A stretch of 64,000 bases of DNA from an uncultured Verrucomicrobiae bacterium. GTDB taxonomy: Bacteria; Verrucomicrobiota; Verrucomicrobiia; Chthoniobacterales; JAFAMB01. The DNA is taken from assembly GCA_963837955.1 (NCBI GenBank), contig CAWIPH010000002.1, positions 3,840,001 to 3,904,000 on the forward strand, in the 5' to 3' direction. A model generated the notes under the pieces. The model was given only the letters and a program-made list of their open reading frames with translations, searched no databases and was not told where the DNA came from. The position numbers were made by a program, and so were the translations under genes. Of the stretch, positions 8,470 through 19,400 are shown piece by piece (the first letter of the stretch is position 1; every line of letters starts with the position of its first letter).

Positions 8470-10670
8470 TTGCCACCCTCTCGCCGCACGACCTCCAGCT
8501 GTTGTTAAACTCGGAACATCCCAATCCTTTCGGCATGCTCGGATTGCAAGAAATCGACGGCGAGTTCGTTGTTCGGGCTTTCCGTCCGGACGCAAAATCG
8601 TTGACGGTTATTGATCGCAACGACCAAAAAAGGCGGTTTCCCGCCGAGAGGATTGCGGAAGAAGGGTTCTTCGAAGCGCCGCTCCAGGGAGTTAAATCCC
8701 GGTTCGATTACCTGCTCGAAATCGATCGTTGGACTGGCGAACGGTTCCAGATAGCGGACCCCTATTCGTTCGGGACGCTTTTGGGCGATTTGGATATGCA
8801 CCTCTTTTGCGAGGGGAATCACTATCAGATCTACCAGAAATTAGGTGCTCACCTGTCGCAAATAAACGGCCACGACGGGGTAATATTTTCGGTCTGGGCG
8901 CCTAACGCTCAACGAGTATCCGTAGTCGGCGATTTCAACGAATGGGATGGACGGGTTCATCCCATGCGAAAAAGAGCAGAGTCCGGAGTTTGGGAAATCT
9001 TTATCCCAGGGGTGACCGAAGGCGCTCACTACAAATTTGAGGTGCGCAATAACGCCGACCAGATCGTTCTGAAAAGTGACCCTTTCGCGTTTTTTAGCCA
9101 GCATGGTCTGCAGACGGCTTCGCTCGTGTTCGACCTCAATCGCTTTACCTGGAACGACGCCGGATGGATCGAATATCGCAATTCCAAGCAGTGGCAGAAA
9201 GAGCCGATCAGCATTTACGAAGTGCACCTCGGCTCTTGGGCGCGAGTGCCGGAGGAAGATAATCGATACCTTAGCTATCGTGAGCTTGGCGATCGGCTAA
9301 TTCCTTATGTCAAGGATTGCGGTTTTACGCATATCGAGTTGATGCCCGTGGCGGAACATCCGTTTGATGGCTCGTGGGGCTATCAAGTCACTGGTTATTA
9401 CGCACCGACCAGCCGCTTCGGTAACCCCGATGAATTTCGCGATTTCGTGAACCGGTGCCATCAGAACGGCATCGGCGTAATCCTCGATTGGGTGCCTGGC
9501 CATTTTCCGAAAGACGCCCACGGTCTCGCCCAATTCGATGGCACGTGTCTCTACGAACATGCCGATCCGCGCCAAGGCGAACACCAGGACTGGGGTACAC
9601 TCATCTTCAACTATGGCAGGAACGAAGTCCGAAACTTCCTGATTGGTAACGCCCTCTACTGGCTAGACGAATATCATATTGATGGACTCCGGGTGGATGC
9701 GGTTGCTTCGATGCTCTATCTCGATTATTCCCGCACCGCCGGAAACTGGGTCCCGAACGTCCAGGGAGGCCGGGAAAACCTGGAAGCGATCTACTTCCTT
9801 AAGAGATTCAACGAGGTTTGCTACGAGCGTTTTCCCGGAATCCTGACGATCGCTGAGGAGTCGACTGCTTGGCCGGGCGTTTCGCGACCGACTTTCCTGG
9901 GCGGACTCGGATTTGGCTTCAAATGGAACATGGGTTGGATGCACGACTTTCTCGCTTACATGAGCCGCGAGCCGATCCATCGGAAGCATCATCAGGGAGA
10001 TATTACCTTTTCACTTCTGTATGCGTTCCAGGAACATTTCATCCTGGTTCTCAGTCACGACGAGGTTGTCCACGGCAAGGGCTCGCTCGTCAACAAAATG
10101 CCCAGCGATCCTTGGCAGAAGTTTGCTAACCTGCGCATGTTCCTTGCCTGGATGTATGCATATCCCGGCAAAAAACTTATGTTCATGGGAGGCGAATTTG
10201 GCCAGTGGCGGGAATGGAACCATGACCAGAGCCTGGACTGGCATCTGCTAGATTATCCTTTCCATGCCGGGCTGCGACGTCTTGTTCAACATTTGAACTA
10301 CGTCTACAAAACCGAGCCAGCACTCTGGCAGATGGACGATTCCTACGAAGGTTTCGAGTGGGTCGATTTTCATGACGCCGAAAGCAGCGTGGTAGTCTTT
10401 TTGCGCAAAGGTGAGAACGCCCCGCTGTTGGTTTTCCTGGTCAACGCAACTCCTGTCCCAAGATATGGCTACCGCATCGGTGTTCCCGGAGAAGGGTGGT
10501 ATGAAGAGGTCGTCAATACCGACGCAGAGACCTACGGAGGCGGCAACATCGGAAATTATGGTGGAATGCACGCCGACGCAATTCCATGGCAGGGCCGAAG
10601 CCATTCTATCAGCGTCGTTCTACCTCCGCTGGCCGTAGTGGCATTTAAGCGGCATGAGTACGGGGGGTAA
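8466..10670 (+). CDS. glgB: 1,4-alpha-glucan branching enzyme
   Basis: WAPNA.RVSVVGDFN.W, IYEVHLGSW, SWGYQ, DGLRVDAVASMLY, AEEST, LSHDEVVHGK. Confidence 0.98.
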   Translation: MIATLSPHDLQLLLNSEHPNPFGMLGLQEIDGEFVVRAFRPDAKSLTVIDRNDQKRRFPAERIAEEGFFEAPLQGVKSRFDYLLEIDRWTGERFQIADPYSFGTLLGDLDMHLFCEGNHYQIYQKLGAHLSQINGHDGVIFSVWAPNAQRVSVVGDFNEWDGRVHPMRKRAESGVWEIFIPGVTEGAHYKFEVRNNADQIVLKSDPFAFFSQHGLQTASLVFDLNRFTWNDAGWIEYRNSKQWQKEPISIYEVHLGSWARVPEEDNRYLSYRELGDRLIPYVKDCGFTHIELMPVAEHPFDGSWGYQVTGYYAPTSRFGNPDEFRDFVNRCHQNGIGVILDWVPGHFPKDAHGLAQFDGTCLYEHADPRQGEHQDWGTLIFNYGRNEVRNFLIGNALYWLDEYHIDGLRVDAVASMLYLDYSRTAGNWVPNVQGGRENLEAIYFLKRFNEVCYERFPGILTIAEESTAWPGVSRPTFLGGLGFGFKWNMGWMHDFLAYMSREPIHRKHHQGDITFSLLYAFQEHFILVLSHDEVVHGKGSLVNKMPSDPWQKFANLRMFLAWMYAYPGKKLMFMGGEFGQWREWNHDQSLDWHLLDYPFHAGLRRLVQHLNYVYKTEPALWQMDDSYEGFEWVDFHDAESSVVVFLRKGENAPLLVFLVNATPVPRYGYRIGVPGEGWYEEVVNTDAETYGGGNIGNYGGMHADAIPWQGRSHSISVVLPPLAVVAFKRHEYGG

Positions 10671-10702
10671 GGGTTACAGGTTACAGGTTAGAAGTTGGAA
10701 GT
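10668..10702. repeat. heptamer tandem repeat (GTTACAG/GTTAGAA-type)
   Basis: 7-bp periodicity immediately after the glgB stop codon. Confidence 0.6.
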
Positions 10703-10822
10703 TTGGGCGGTCGGCCTCAACTGACCTATTTGTTCTGTCTGCGCGTGGATATCGCTTCCGCAAGGGAAGAATCGCGTTTCGTTTGTACGAAATTCCGACT
10801 GGAAGTCAAAACTAGCCAGAGA

Positions 10823-11281
10823 ATGATAAAGCATTCACATTTTGCCCTGCTTGCAATGGCACTGCTGTTGTTCTCTTGCGCGCAAACCGAGCAGTCTCAC
10901 CTAACCGACCTGGCCATCGCTACCTATACCCCTCTTCCGGATGCGCTTCGGCTCGCAGAAACTCGGGCCAAACAATATTGGGCGAAACGCAAGGCAGAAC
11001 TAGGCCAAACCAGATATTTAGCGATTGAAAGCGACGTGATTCTCTCGGACGAAATTCCTGACCTCTATATGAGGCTGACCAATTCGCCAGGGGTAAATTC
11101 CTCTGACATCGAAGAATACGAAGCCAACAACGACATAACTATCTATTGTGTTAACATTTTCGACACAACGACCGGAAAATTTGTCAGTCGAAATGGGTAC
11201 GCTATCGTGGACGAGCCTCCACGCGGAAGCTTGGCTCGCTTCGGCAATTACACTGCGGTATTTATCGGCACCGGCGGTTGA
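10823..11281 (+). CDS. hypothetical lipoprotein
   Basis: MIKHSHFALLAMALLLFSC lipobox-like signal peptide from ATG 10823. Confidence 0.7.
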   Translation: MIKHSHFALLAMALLLFSCAQTEQSHLTDLAIATYTPLPDALRLAETRAKQYWAKRKAELGQTRYLAIESDVILSDEIPDLYMRLTNSPGVNSSDIEEYEANNDITIYCVNIFDTTTGKFVSRNGYAIVDEPPRGSLARFGNYTAVFIGTGG

Positions 11282-11347
11282 TTTCTTTCAATCCGTCGAA
11301 TCGCTTTCGCTCCGGACGCTAATTCTCCAACCTCTAACTTCCGACCT

Positions 11348-12685
11348 TTAACCGCTATCGTCCGTAGTCGACCAGATACTTCCATCCGCTAAGATCGTCT
11401 TGAGCTTTTGGTTGGCCGTGACGGCGTTTACGGAATGAATCACTTTTCCGCTCTCGTCCTCAGTAATCGAATATCCGCGGCGAAGCGTTTGTTCAGGACC
11501 TAACAATCGGACCGATTCAGATAGTCGCCTGACCTGGAGCCGTTCACTCTCCAGCTGCCGACGTATCGCCGATCGCAATTTCTCCTGGCATGACGCGATC
11601 TCTTTTCTGCGACGCTGCAAAACCTCGGCGGGTTTGAACGTCATTACCAAAGAAGTAAATCGCAATAAGTGCTCACGCCGTTGTTTCAGTAGCCAGTCGC
11701 AAAGCTGCGTGATTCGAGCTTCCAACTGATCCACCCTCTGCTGCCGTTCCAAGACAAAGCGGCTCGGCTCTCGAAAAATAGCCGCACCATCGATTCGACT
11801 TACTTTAAGTCGCCTAATCTCCAGATGTTGCTTCACCAAACGTTCTAAATGAACCCTTCGAGAACTGATCTCATTGAATAACGCCTCAACTGCCGGGGCC
11901 ACTAGCTCCGCTGCGGCACTCGGCGTGGGCGCGCGGAGGTCCGCCACGAAATCAGCGATAGTAAAATCGATCTCGTGTCCGACAGCCGAGATCGTCGGAA
12001 TTCGGCAAGCGAAAATTGCCCGGGCCAGTATTTCTTCATTAAACTCCCAAAGATCTTCCAAGCTGCCTCCGCCGCGCCCCACGATGATCACTTCGAGACC
12101 TAACGCCGCTTGTTTTTCGTCCAAGTAGGTAATCGTCCCGGCGATTTCCTCTGCTGCCCCCTCTCCCTGCACACGAACCGGGCAAATGAGAAGTCGAAGC
12201 CACGGGCTGCGTCGCTGAAGAATATTCAGCATGTCCTGCACGGCAGCGCCGGTCGGAGAGGTGACGAGAGCGATCCGGCGCGGGAAATGAGGAAGAGCTT
12301 TCTTATGGGCGGGATCAAACAAACCTTCCGCTTCCAGTTTGCGTTTTAGCGCCTCGAATTTCGCCTGGAGCAACCCTTGGCCTTTGGCTTGCACCAGCTC
12401 GACGATCAGCTGGTATTGTCCTCTCGCTTCGTAAACGCTCACCCGCCCAAAGGCTTGCACCTGAACTCCATCCTGCAGAATTGTTCCAGCCTGCGCCGAA
12501 TACGCGCGGGAAAACATGACGCAGGCAAGTTGGGCTCGATCATCTTTGAGTGTGAAGTAATGATGGCCGGAAGACTGCTTTCGATAATTGGAGATTTCGC
12601 CTTCAATCCAGACGTCTCTGAGATGTCCCTCCAGCAGATCCCGCACACGCCGGTTGAACTCAGTGACAGAGAAGATCGTGGCCAT
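11348..12685 (-). CDS. xseA: exodeoxyribonuclease VII large subunit
   Basis: VWIEGEISN, GH.YFTLKD, TSPTGAA.QD, RGGGSLEDLW.FN.E, GHE.D, PTPSAAAE. Confidence 0.97.
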   Translation of the reverse strand: MATIFSVTEFNRRVRDLLEGHLRDVWIEGEISNYRKQSSGHHYFTLKDDRAQLACVMFSRAYSAQAGTILQDGVQVQAFGRVSVYEARGQYQLIVELVQAKGQGLLQAKFEALKRKLEAEGLFDPAHKKALPHFPRRIALVTSPTGAAVQDMLNILQRRSPWLRLLICPVRVQGEGAAEEIAGTITYLDEKQAALGLEVIIVGRGGGSLEDLWEFNEEILARAIFACRIPTISAVGHEIDFTIADFVADLRAPTPSAAAELVAPAVEALFNEISSRRVHLERLVKQHLEIRRLKVSRIDGAAIFREPSRFVLERQQRVDQLEARITQLCDWLLKQRREHLLRFTSLVMTFKPAEVLQRRRKEIASCQEKLRSAIRRQLESERLQVRRLSESVRLLGPEQTLRRGYSITEDESGKVIHSVNAVTANQKLKTILADGSIWSTTDDSG

Positions 12686-12739
12686 TAAGAATACAACTTA
12701 CAGGCTTTCGGATTGCCTGCGAATATCGGCAACGGACCG

Positions 12740-12790
12740 GGAGGGATCGCGTCCTCGCGATCCGCGGCGCACGAGGACGTGCGCCCTCCC
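12740..12790. repeat. REP-like palindrome, GGAGGG...CCCTCC family, copy 2
   Basis: Matches 661-711 with pairing-preserving changes in the hairpins. Confidence 0.8.
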
Positions 12791-12942
12791 CTCCGGGCCA
12801 GAGAACCCGAAATGGGCGTTATCTTGATGCGCAAGGGCAGTCGCTGGCTCCCGTTCCGTTTTCGGGTTCCGCGTTTCGCGGCATAGCCGAAATCTTATCC
12901 GCCAGACGCACCATTCTCCGAGCACAAACATTGCCGCAGACA

Positions 12943-13017
12943 TGGTGCGCGATGCAGGGTTCGAACCTGCGACTTCTTGCGTGTGAAGCAAGCGCTCTAC
13001 CACTGAGCTAATCGCGC
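12943..13017 (-). tRNA. tRNA-Val(CAC)
   Basis: GCGCGATTAGCTCAGTGGTAGAGCG-CTTGCTTCACACGCAAG-AAGTC-GCAGGTTCGAACCCTGC-ATCGCGC-ACCA. Confidence 0.96.
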
Positions 13018-13031
13018 GTTGAGGTTCGGGA

Positions 13032-13059
13032 ATTTTAGGTTCAGCGAAAGAGATTGCAA
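13032..13059 (-). promoter_or_regulatory. tRNA-Val promoter TTGCAA-N16-TAAAAT
   Basis: Near-consensus hexamers upstream of the tRNA. Confidence 0.65.
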
Positions 13060-13191
13060 TGAATTTTCCTGAACACGCTCCTCCATCGAGCTAGGGGTGT
13101 GGATTCTGTTCTGCGCCGTGGCTTTCCGCTAGATCAACAATACATAGCGAACGGCTAGCTACATCGCAATCGGCAGCTGAGGTTACCCGCG

Positions 13192-13638
13192 TCACATCAA
13201 AACTCGGGCGTGGAATTCCAGCCAATCCTCGAGATTGTTTAGACCAATAGCGTCGCGCGGCATCGATGCTTCATCAGGCAACCCGTTTGCGCCGAGGATG
13301 GTCTTTCTGGTTTCATCCGAGTGATCAAATCCTCGGAGGGCGGCGTTGCTCGCGTCGATCGTAGCGCGATCGACTTTCACCCCCGGTTGTTGCTTGACCC
13401 ATTTCTCGAATTGCGGGTAAGTCGGGCGCTCTTCTTTAACGAATTTGCGGACCGCTTCTGCATCCAGGTTGAGCGCCCGCAAAACCATGGAATCGAATCC
13501 GGTGCCGATGTCGGGATAACCGGGACACAGTTGGCTTTTCGCTTCGAGTGAAACTTTCTGCCACAATCGTGGTAGATGCAGGACGCCCAACGGACCTGCC
13601 ACACCGGAACTAATGAGAGGAACATAAGTCTGGCTCAT
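13192..13638 (-). CDS. DUF5069-like protein
   Basis: G..GPLG.LHLPRLWQK...G.L..Y...G.GFD..L..L.LD pattern; probably leaderless (TTGAAA-N17-TAACGT-N5-ATG). Confidence 0.7.
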   Translation of the reverse strand: MSQTYVPLISSGVAGPLGVLHLPRLWQKVSLEAKSQLCPGYPDIGTGFDSMVLRALNLDAEAVRKFVKEERPTYPQFEKWVKQQPGVKVDRATIDASNAALRGFDHSDETRKTILGANGLPDEASMPRDAIGLNNLEDWLEFHARVLM

Positions 13639-13722
13639 GCGCTACGTTAGGGCCCGGGGCCAACCGTTTCAAACGGTGTTCCCCTATTTGCTATCTGCTA
13701 TTTGCTATCTGTCGAGCTGTCA

Positions 13723-14373
13723 TCACGACTCGGCGTCAGCCGAATCGTGCCGGCTGATCCATCGAACGAGAAAGTCTGCCAGGGATAGCTTCGAGTCACA
13801 GGTCGCGATCAGCCCGGCAGCTGTGCAAATCCCAAAGCCAGGCCCAAACGCGCGTCCATTTACGACACAAGCGTCCGTATGGTTCTGTTGAATCTGGTGC
13901 ACCGCCTCCGACAGGAGTTCATTCCGCGTAACGGCATGCTCGTATTTCCAACCTACGATGCGCGCCTTAGGGAAGTATCTTCTGAGGTTGGCAATTAGCT
14001 TGGGTTGCGGAACCAATTCGAGCCAGACAGAACCTGCATCGCTGGCAATCTTTGATACGAGTTGTCTCGTTCGGTTTATCTCAATCCGTTCCACTCGAAA
14101 ATCAGTTAGGGCGGCAGCATGAAACACGGCGTCCACGGTCCCCGCATGTCCGACTTGCCCTAGTAACCGCTCCAGTTCTTCGTTCGTCGCAAACGGCTGA
14201 GCTCCGTTCCATTGAAAGGTGGCACCCTGCCCCAGAAAGAGTTTGACCACGTGGCCGGCGCCAGACATCCGCTCCGCTAGCACAGCTCCAAGTTCTCCAG
14301 TCGATCGATTTGTAATCACCCGAACCTCATCGATCGGCTGACTACTCGGTCCGGCGGTGATCAGCACGCGCAT
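13723..14373 (-). CDS. CoaB-like phosphopantothenate--cysteine ligase (DFP C-terminal domain)
   Basis: VLITAGP..PID.VR.ITNRSTG.LG, HAAALTDF, VGWKYE, D.CV.N. Confidence 0.85.
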   Translation of the reverse strand: MRVLITAGPSSQPIDEVRVITNRSTGELGAVLAERMSGAGHVVKLFLGQGATFQWNGAQPFATNEELERLLGQVGHAGTVDAVFHAAALTDFRVERIEINRTRQLVSKIASDAGSVWLELVPQPKLIANLRRYFPKARIVGWKYEHAVTRNELLSEAVHQIQQNHTDACVVNGRAFGPGFGICTAAGLIATCDSKLSLADFLVRWISRHDSADAES

Positions 14374-14493
14374 AAGACAAAAACCTAATCTTGAGAACCG
14401 CTTCTCACAACAGGCTCGAATCTCTTAAGAAATCCTCGACCGCGGGGCTCTCCGATGCTTTGAATCTAGCCGGGAACCTGTAGAGTAAAGCAA

Positions 14494-15672
14494 ATGACAG
14501 CAATGACACTGAAGGCCGTCTCGCAGCTACTCCCCGGGACTTATTCCGAGCCGGATATCATCGCAGTCGCGCAGAAGCTAAGGGCAGAGCTGGGAGCAAA
14601 TGCCGCCCTCGGATTTGTTTTCGTGACGCCGGAATGGAGAGGCCATCTGGAAGACACCTTGGAATTAATCCGTTTGCACGCACGTGTGCCCAGGTTGGTT
14701 GGCTGTTCGGGGTCCGGTGTCATCGGCACCAAGACCGAATTGGAACATCGTCCAGGTATCAGCATTCTATTGCTGTCGATTCCGGACACCAGTTTTCAGA
14801 TCTTTACCATTTCTGAAAGCGATCTCGAAGGAGGCTCGGAAATCGGATTTTGGCAGGAATTGACTGGCCTGAAGCCCAGTGATGTTAATGGCTGGATCGT
14901 GATAGCGAATCCAGCGTTTCGAGAAATTGAAAAATGGTTGGACAGTTGGAACAGCGCATTTCCAGGCAAGCCGATTATTGGCGGACTCTCCAGCGCGAGC
15001 GAGGCCGAAGATTTTCTTTTCCGGGACGGCGAGGTCGTTAACGCTCCCATCATTGCTGTCTCCTTAAGTTCTCCCATCACGATGCAAGTGTTGATGAGCC
15101 AGGGATGCCGCCCCATCGGGGATCCTTCGCCGATCACCAAAGCAGAAGACAACTTCATTCTCGAAATCGGAAACGTTCCGGCCTACCAAACCCTGGAAAC
15201 CGCGTTCCTCACCGTTCCCGCGGAAGAGCGAAATGCAGTCCGCAACAATCTCTTCCTGGGCTTGGCCGCGTCGGAATATGTCGATGAATTCAAACGGGGC
15301 GACTTTTTGATCCGGAACATCCTGGGGGCCGATCCGCAGATCGGTGCATTGGCGGTGGGCGCCTATCCAAGAATCGGTCAGACCGTCCAATTCCAAATCA
15401 GAGATTCCAAATCGGCCCATCAAGACCTGCTCGAAGGCGCGAAAAACATCGCGAGCCGTGGAGCCCGGCCATGGGCCAATCTACTGTTTTCCTGCGCAGG
15501 CCGGGGACAGGGATTATTTGGGGTCTCAAGTCATGATGCGATCACGCTCGCTGAAACTTTGGGTGCTTCGCCGCTCGCCGGATTCTTCTGTAACGGCGAA
15601 ATTGGTCCGATCGGCACTCGGAGTTTCCTGCACGGCTATTCCGCCGCCGCCGCAGTGCTGACAATGGAGTAA
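14494..15672 (+). CDS. FIST N + FIST C domain sensor protein
   Basis: LVGCSG.GVIG, GGL.S, SQGCRPIG, L.RN..G.D...G.L.VG, FSC.GRG, GFFCNGEIGP.G. Confidence 0.88.
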   Translation: MTAMTLKAVSQLLPGTYSEPDIIAVAQKLRAELGANAALGFVFVTPEWRGHLEDTLELIRLHARVPRLVGCSGSGVIGTKTELEHRPGISILLLSIPDTSFQIFTISESDLEGGSEIGFWQELTGLKPSDVNGWIVIANPAFREIEKWLDSWNSAFPGKPIIGGLSSASEAEDFLFRDGEVVNAPIIAVSLSSPITMQVLMSQGCRPIGDPSPITKAEDNFILEIGNVPAYQTLETAFLTVPAEERNAVRNNLFLGLAASEYVDEFKRGDFLIRNILGADPQIGALAVGAYPRIGQTVQFQIRDSKSAHQDLLEGAKNIASRGARPWANLLFSCAGRGQGLFGVSSHDAITLAETLGASPLAGFFCNGEIGPIGTRSFLHGYSAAAAVLTME

Positions 15673-15675
15673 AGG

Positions 15676-16263
15676 GTGGGATCTGAGCTGGAGTCACGCA
15701 CGCAGCTGATCTTGCGGGCCTTCAGGTATGCCGCGGTTAAGCACCGGTACCAAACTCTTTCCGATGGGCAGACTCCTTATTTTTCGCACGTCGTTCGCGT
15801 AACCTTCATTCTCCGAGATCTTTTCGCTATCGACGATCAAGAGATCATCATCGCATCGATTCTCCATGATGTGGTGGAAGACACTGGAACTTCACTCGAA
15901 GAAATCGGTCAGCTCTTTGGCAGGACGATTGCTTACTACGTTGAAGCGCTGACCAAGAATGAGGTTCTGCCGAAGAAGAGGCGGGAACGAGACTACGACG
16001 AAAGGCTGCTTAATGCACCAGAGATCGTGCAGATCGCAAAACTTGCAGACATGTATGACAACCTTTCTGCTCGAGTTGGAACGCCAAAACTACCGAACAC
16101 GTTGGAAAATGCACGGCGGATCACTGCAGGTTTTGAGAAAACGATTTGCACTCGAAGAGGCAAGGACGCATTGCGTCATGTGCGACGGCTCATCGCAGAA
16201 GTTGAAAAAATCGGACCCGTCACGGAAACGAACATCGCAAAAGGCGGCGCTCCGCAGCTTTAG
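15676..16263 (+). CDS. HD-domain hydrolase, Mesh1 / small alarmone hydrolase-like
   Basis: A..YA..KH..Q...G.PY..H...V, LHDVVEDT, FG..V..LT, KLAD..DNL. Confidence 0.8.
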   Translation: MGSELESRTQLILRAFRYAAVKHRYQTLSDGQTPYFSHVVRVTFILRDLFAIDDQEIIIASILHDVVEDTGTSLEEIGQLFGRTIAYYVEALTKNEVLPKKRRERDYDERLLNAPEIVQIAKLADMYDNLSARVGTPKLPNTLENARRITAGFEKTICTRRGKDALRHVRRLIAEVEKIGPVTETNIAKGGAPQL

Positions 16264-16416
16264 GGTCTTTGAGCGTGATGAGGAAGGCAAAGCAAAATTT
16301 GACCGATCTGTCGGTTTACAGATCGCCCTTTTCGCTGTAGCGTCTTGGTCACCGTTGGCTCCAATGAAACTAGCATTCACTGATCCTCTCCAGATCTTGG
16401 CCAACCAGACCTTGTT

Positions 16417-19400
16417 ATGTGGATCGTAAATCTCGCTCTTCGTAGGCCTTACACCTTCATCGTCCTCGCGATTTTCATTCTAATCGCCGGCGTGCTGTCG
16501 ATTCTCAGCACACCTAAGGATATCTTTCCGAGTATCAATATACCGGTCATTTCGGTGATCTGGAACTACAACAGCCTCTCTCCCGAGGACATGGAGAGCC
16601 ACATCGTATGGCCGTACGAACGGGTGCTCACCACGACGGTCGACAATATCGAACATATTGAATCCCAATCTTTATACGGGATTGGGGTAGTGAAGATCTT
16701 CATGCAGCCTACGGCCAGTGTTCCGACGGCTATCGCTCAAGTCACTTCCGTCTCTCAGGCCATCCTGCGACAGCTGCCAACCGGCACCACACCGCCTCTG
16801 GTCCTCAGTTATAGTGCCTCTAATGTGCCTGTCCTTCGCGTCGGTTTGAGCAGCAAGGAGCTCTCCGAGCAGCAACTGAACGACTTCGCGCTGAATTTCG
16901 TCCGAACGCAGCTGATCACCGTGCCCGGCGCATCCGTGCCATATCCATACGGCGGAAAGCAGAAATATGTCTCGGTCGATTTAAACTATCCGGCCTTGCA
17001 AGCTCACGGGCTACAGCCGGTCGACGTAATCAATGCGATTAACGCGCAAAATGTGATTCTGCCCTCCGGCACCGCGAAATTCGGTCCAACCGAATATCAA
17101 GTCGGCCTAAATTACAGTCCGCTCGCGGTGGAAGAGTTCAATTCTATCCCGGTGAAAGTAATCGGCAATTCGACGATTTACGTTCGTGATGTTGCCAATG
17201 TGCGGAACGGGAACATTCCGCAAACGAACATCGTACGATTCGACGGCTCGCGCGCCACCATGCTCGATATCCAAAAAACCGGGAATGCTTCCACATTGGA
17301 TATTGTTAATGGTGTGAAGACCAAACTGCCGGAGATCAAAAAGACGCTTCCGGACAGTCTGAATCTCAGCTTTCTCACCGACCAATCACTGTTTGTAAAT
17401 GCGGCAATCGAGGGGGTGGTACGCGAATCAATCATCGCTGCCTGTCTTACCGCAATCATGATCTTGCTGTTCCTCGGTGATTGGAAAAGCACTCTCATCA
17501 TCGTTATTTCCATTCCGCTCTCCATCCTCTCGTCACTGGTGATATTGAGCGCGTTACACGAAACGATAAACATCATGACCTTGGGCGGACTCGCGCTGGC
17601 GGTCGGTATCTTGGTCGACGACGCAACGGTGACGATTGAGAACGTCGACCGCAATTTAGCGGAAGGAAAATCGAACCTGGACGCGATCCGGGACGGAACC
17701 GCCCAAATCGCGATCCCCGCTTTTGTCTCAACCCTTTGCATTTGTATCGTGTTCGTCCCGATTTTCTTCCTGTCGGGAACGGCGAAATATCTGTTCGCGC
17801 CCCTGGCCGAATCAGTGATCTTCGCAATGCTCGCTTCGTACCTGCTTTCCCGAACACTGGTGCCGACACTCGCCATGTATTTCTTCGGTAAGGACGGCAA
17901 CCAAGGGTCGCATCCGACAGCGAAGAAGGGTGGCATTTTTGGTTGGTTCGGAGCTTTTCATCGTGGCTTTGACCGGCGTTTTGAAAGAATGCGCGAGTCT
18001 TACCGCGATCTTTTGAGTCTATTTCTTCGTCATGCCGGACTGGTTGGCCTCGGAGTCCTCATAGTGTTAATCGGTTCCTTTCTTTTAGTACCGTGGCTGG
18101 GCCAAGACTTTTTCCCGGCAGTCGATGCCGGTCGCTTTGACCTGCACGTCCGGATGAAATCGGGTACCCGGATCGAGGAAACCGCGCGGTCGGTCGACCA
18201 GATCGAAGGAATGATTCGTCAGGTTATTCCGAAAGAGCAGTTGCAAGGGATTATTGATAATATCGGCATACCGTATAGCGGGATCAATTTGTCATATAAC
18301 ACTACCGGAACGGTCAGTGCAGCTGATGGCGATATTATCGTATCACTCAACGCAGATCATGATCCTACCATCAGCTTCATGCGACAGATCCGGGAGCGCC
18401 TCCGGACTCAATTCCCTTCCGTGACTTATTGGTACCCGCCAGCAGATATCGTCGCCCAAATTTTGAACTTCGGGCTACCCGCCCCGTTTGATGTGCAGAT
18501 CGTAGGGGCAGACAAAGTTCACGACGCGGCCATTGCCAACAAGTTAGCCGATCAGATTAAACGGATTCCCGGGGCAGTGGATGTACGAGTGCAAGAGCCT
18601 CAGGATACGCCCCGGCTAAACGTCACGATCGATCGTACGCGCGCTGCTTTGTTGGGAATAACCGAAAACCAGGCCGCTACCAGTGTGCTGGGAGCATTGG
18701 CCGGGTCAAACCAGGTCGCTCCGAATTATTGGGTGGATCCGAAAAATGGTGTGAGTTACCAGGTCAACGCACAATCGCCCCAATATGATATTAACTCGTT
18801 AAACGCCTTGCTGAATGTGCCGGTCATTGGTACCGCCGGATTACCGCCGCAGATTCTCGGAAATATCTCCCAGATCTCGCGCGGCACGACTTCGCCGATC
18901 GAAGATCATTTCGATATCCGTCCGGTTATCAATGTCTATGGTAACGTCGATGGAAGAGATTTGGGGGCAGTTAGTTCCGAAGTTACGAAGCTAGTTGATC
19001 AGGCTCGCGGCACTCTGCCGAAGGGCAGCAGTATTGTCTTGCGCGGTCAGGTTCGGACCATGAACGACTCCTTCACTGGGTTATACCTGGGCCTGGCTTT
19101 TTCGATGGTACTTGTCTACCTGCTGATGGTTGTGAATTTCCAATCCTGGTCGGAGCCCTTTATCATCATCATGGCGTTGCCTTGCGCGCTCGCCGGTATT
19201 GTCTGGATGTTATTCCTGACCGGAACGACATTGAGTGTTCCGGCGCTAATGGGAGCGATCATGTGCATGGGGGTGGCAACCGCCAACAGTGTGTTGGTCA
19301 TTACGTTTGCCAACGAACAGTTTCAGGAACACCGCGACGCGTATCAGGCTGCACTGCAAGCTGGATACGTTCGGCTGAGGCCAGTCTTAATGACGGCAGG

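Noticed and set aside
12698..13003. ORFs overlapping tRNA-Val (also those over the tRNAs at 7096 and 47726)
   Set aside because: They are spurious translations of tRNA and REP sequence.
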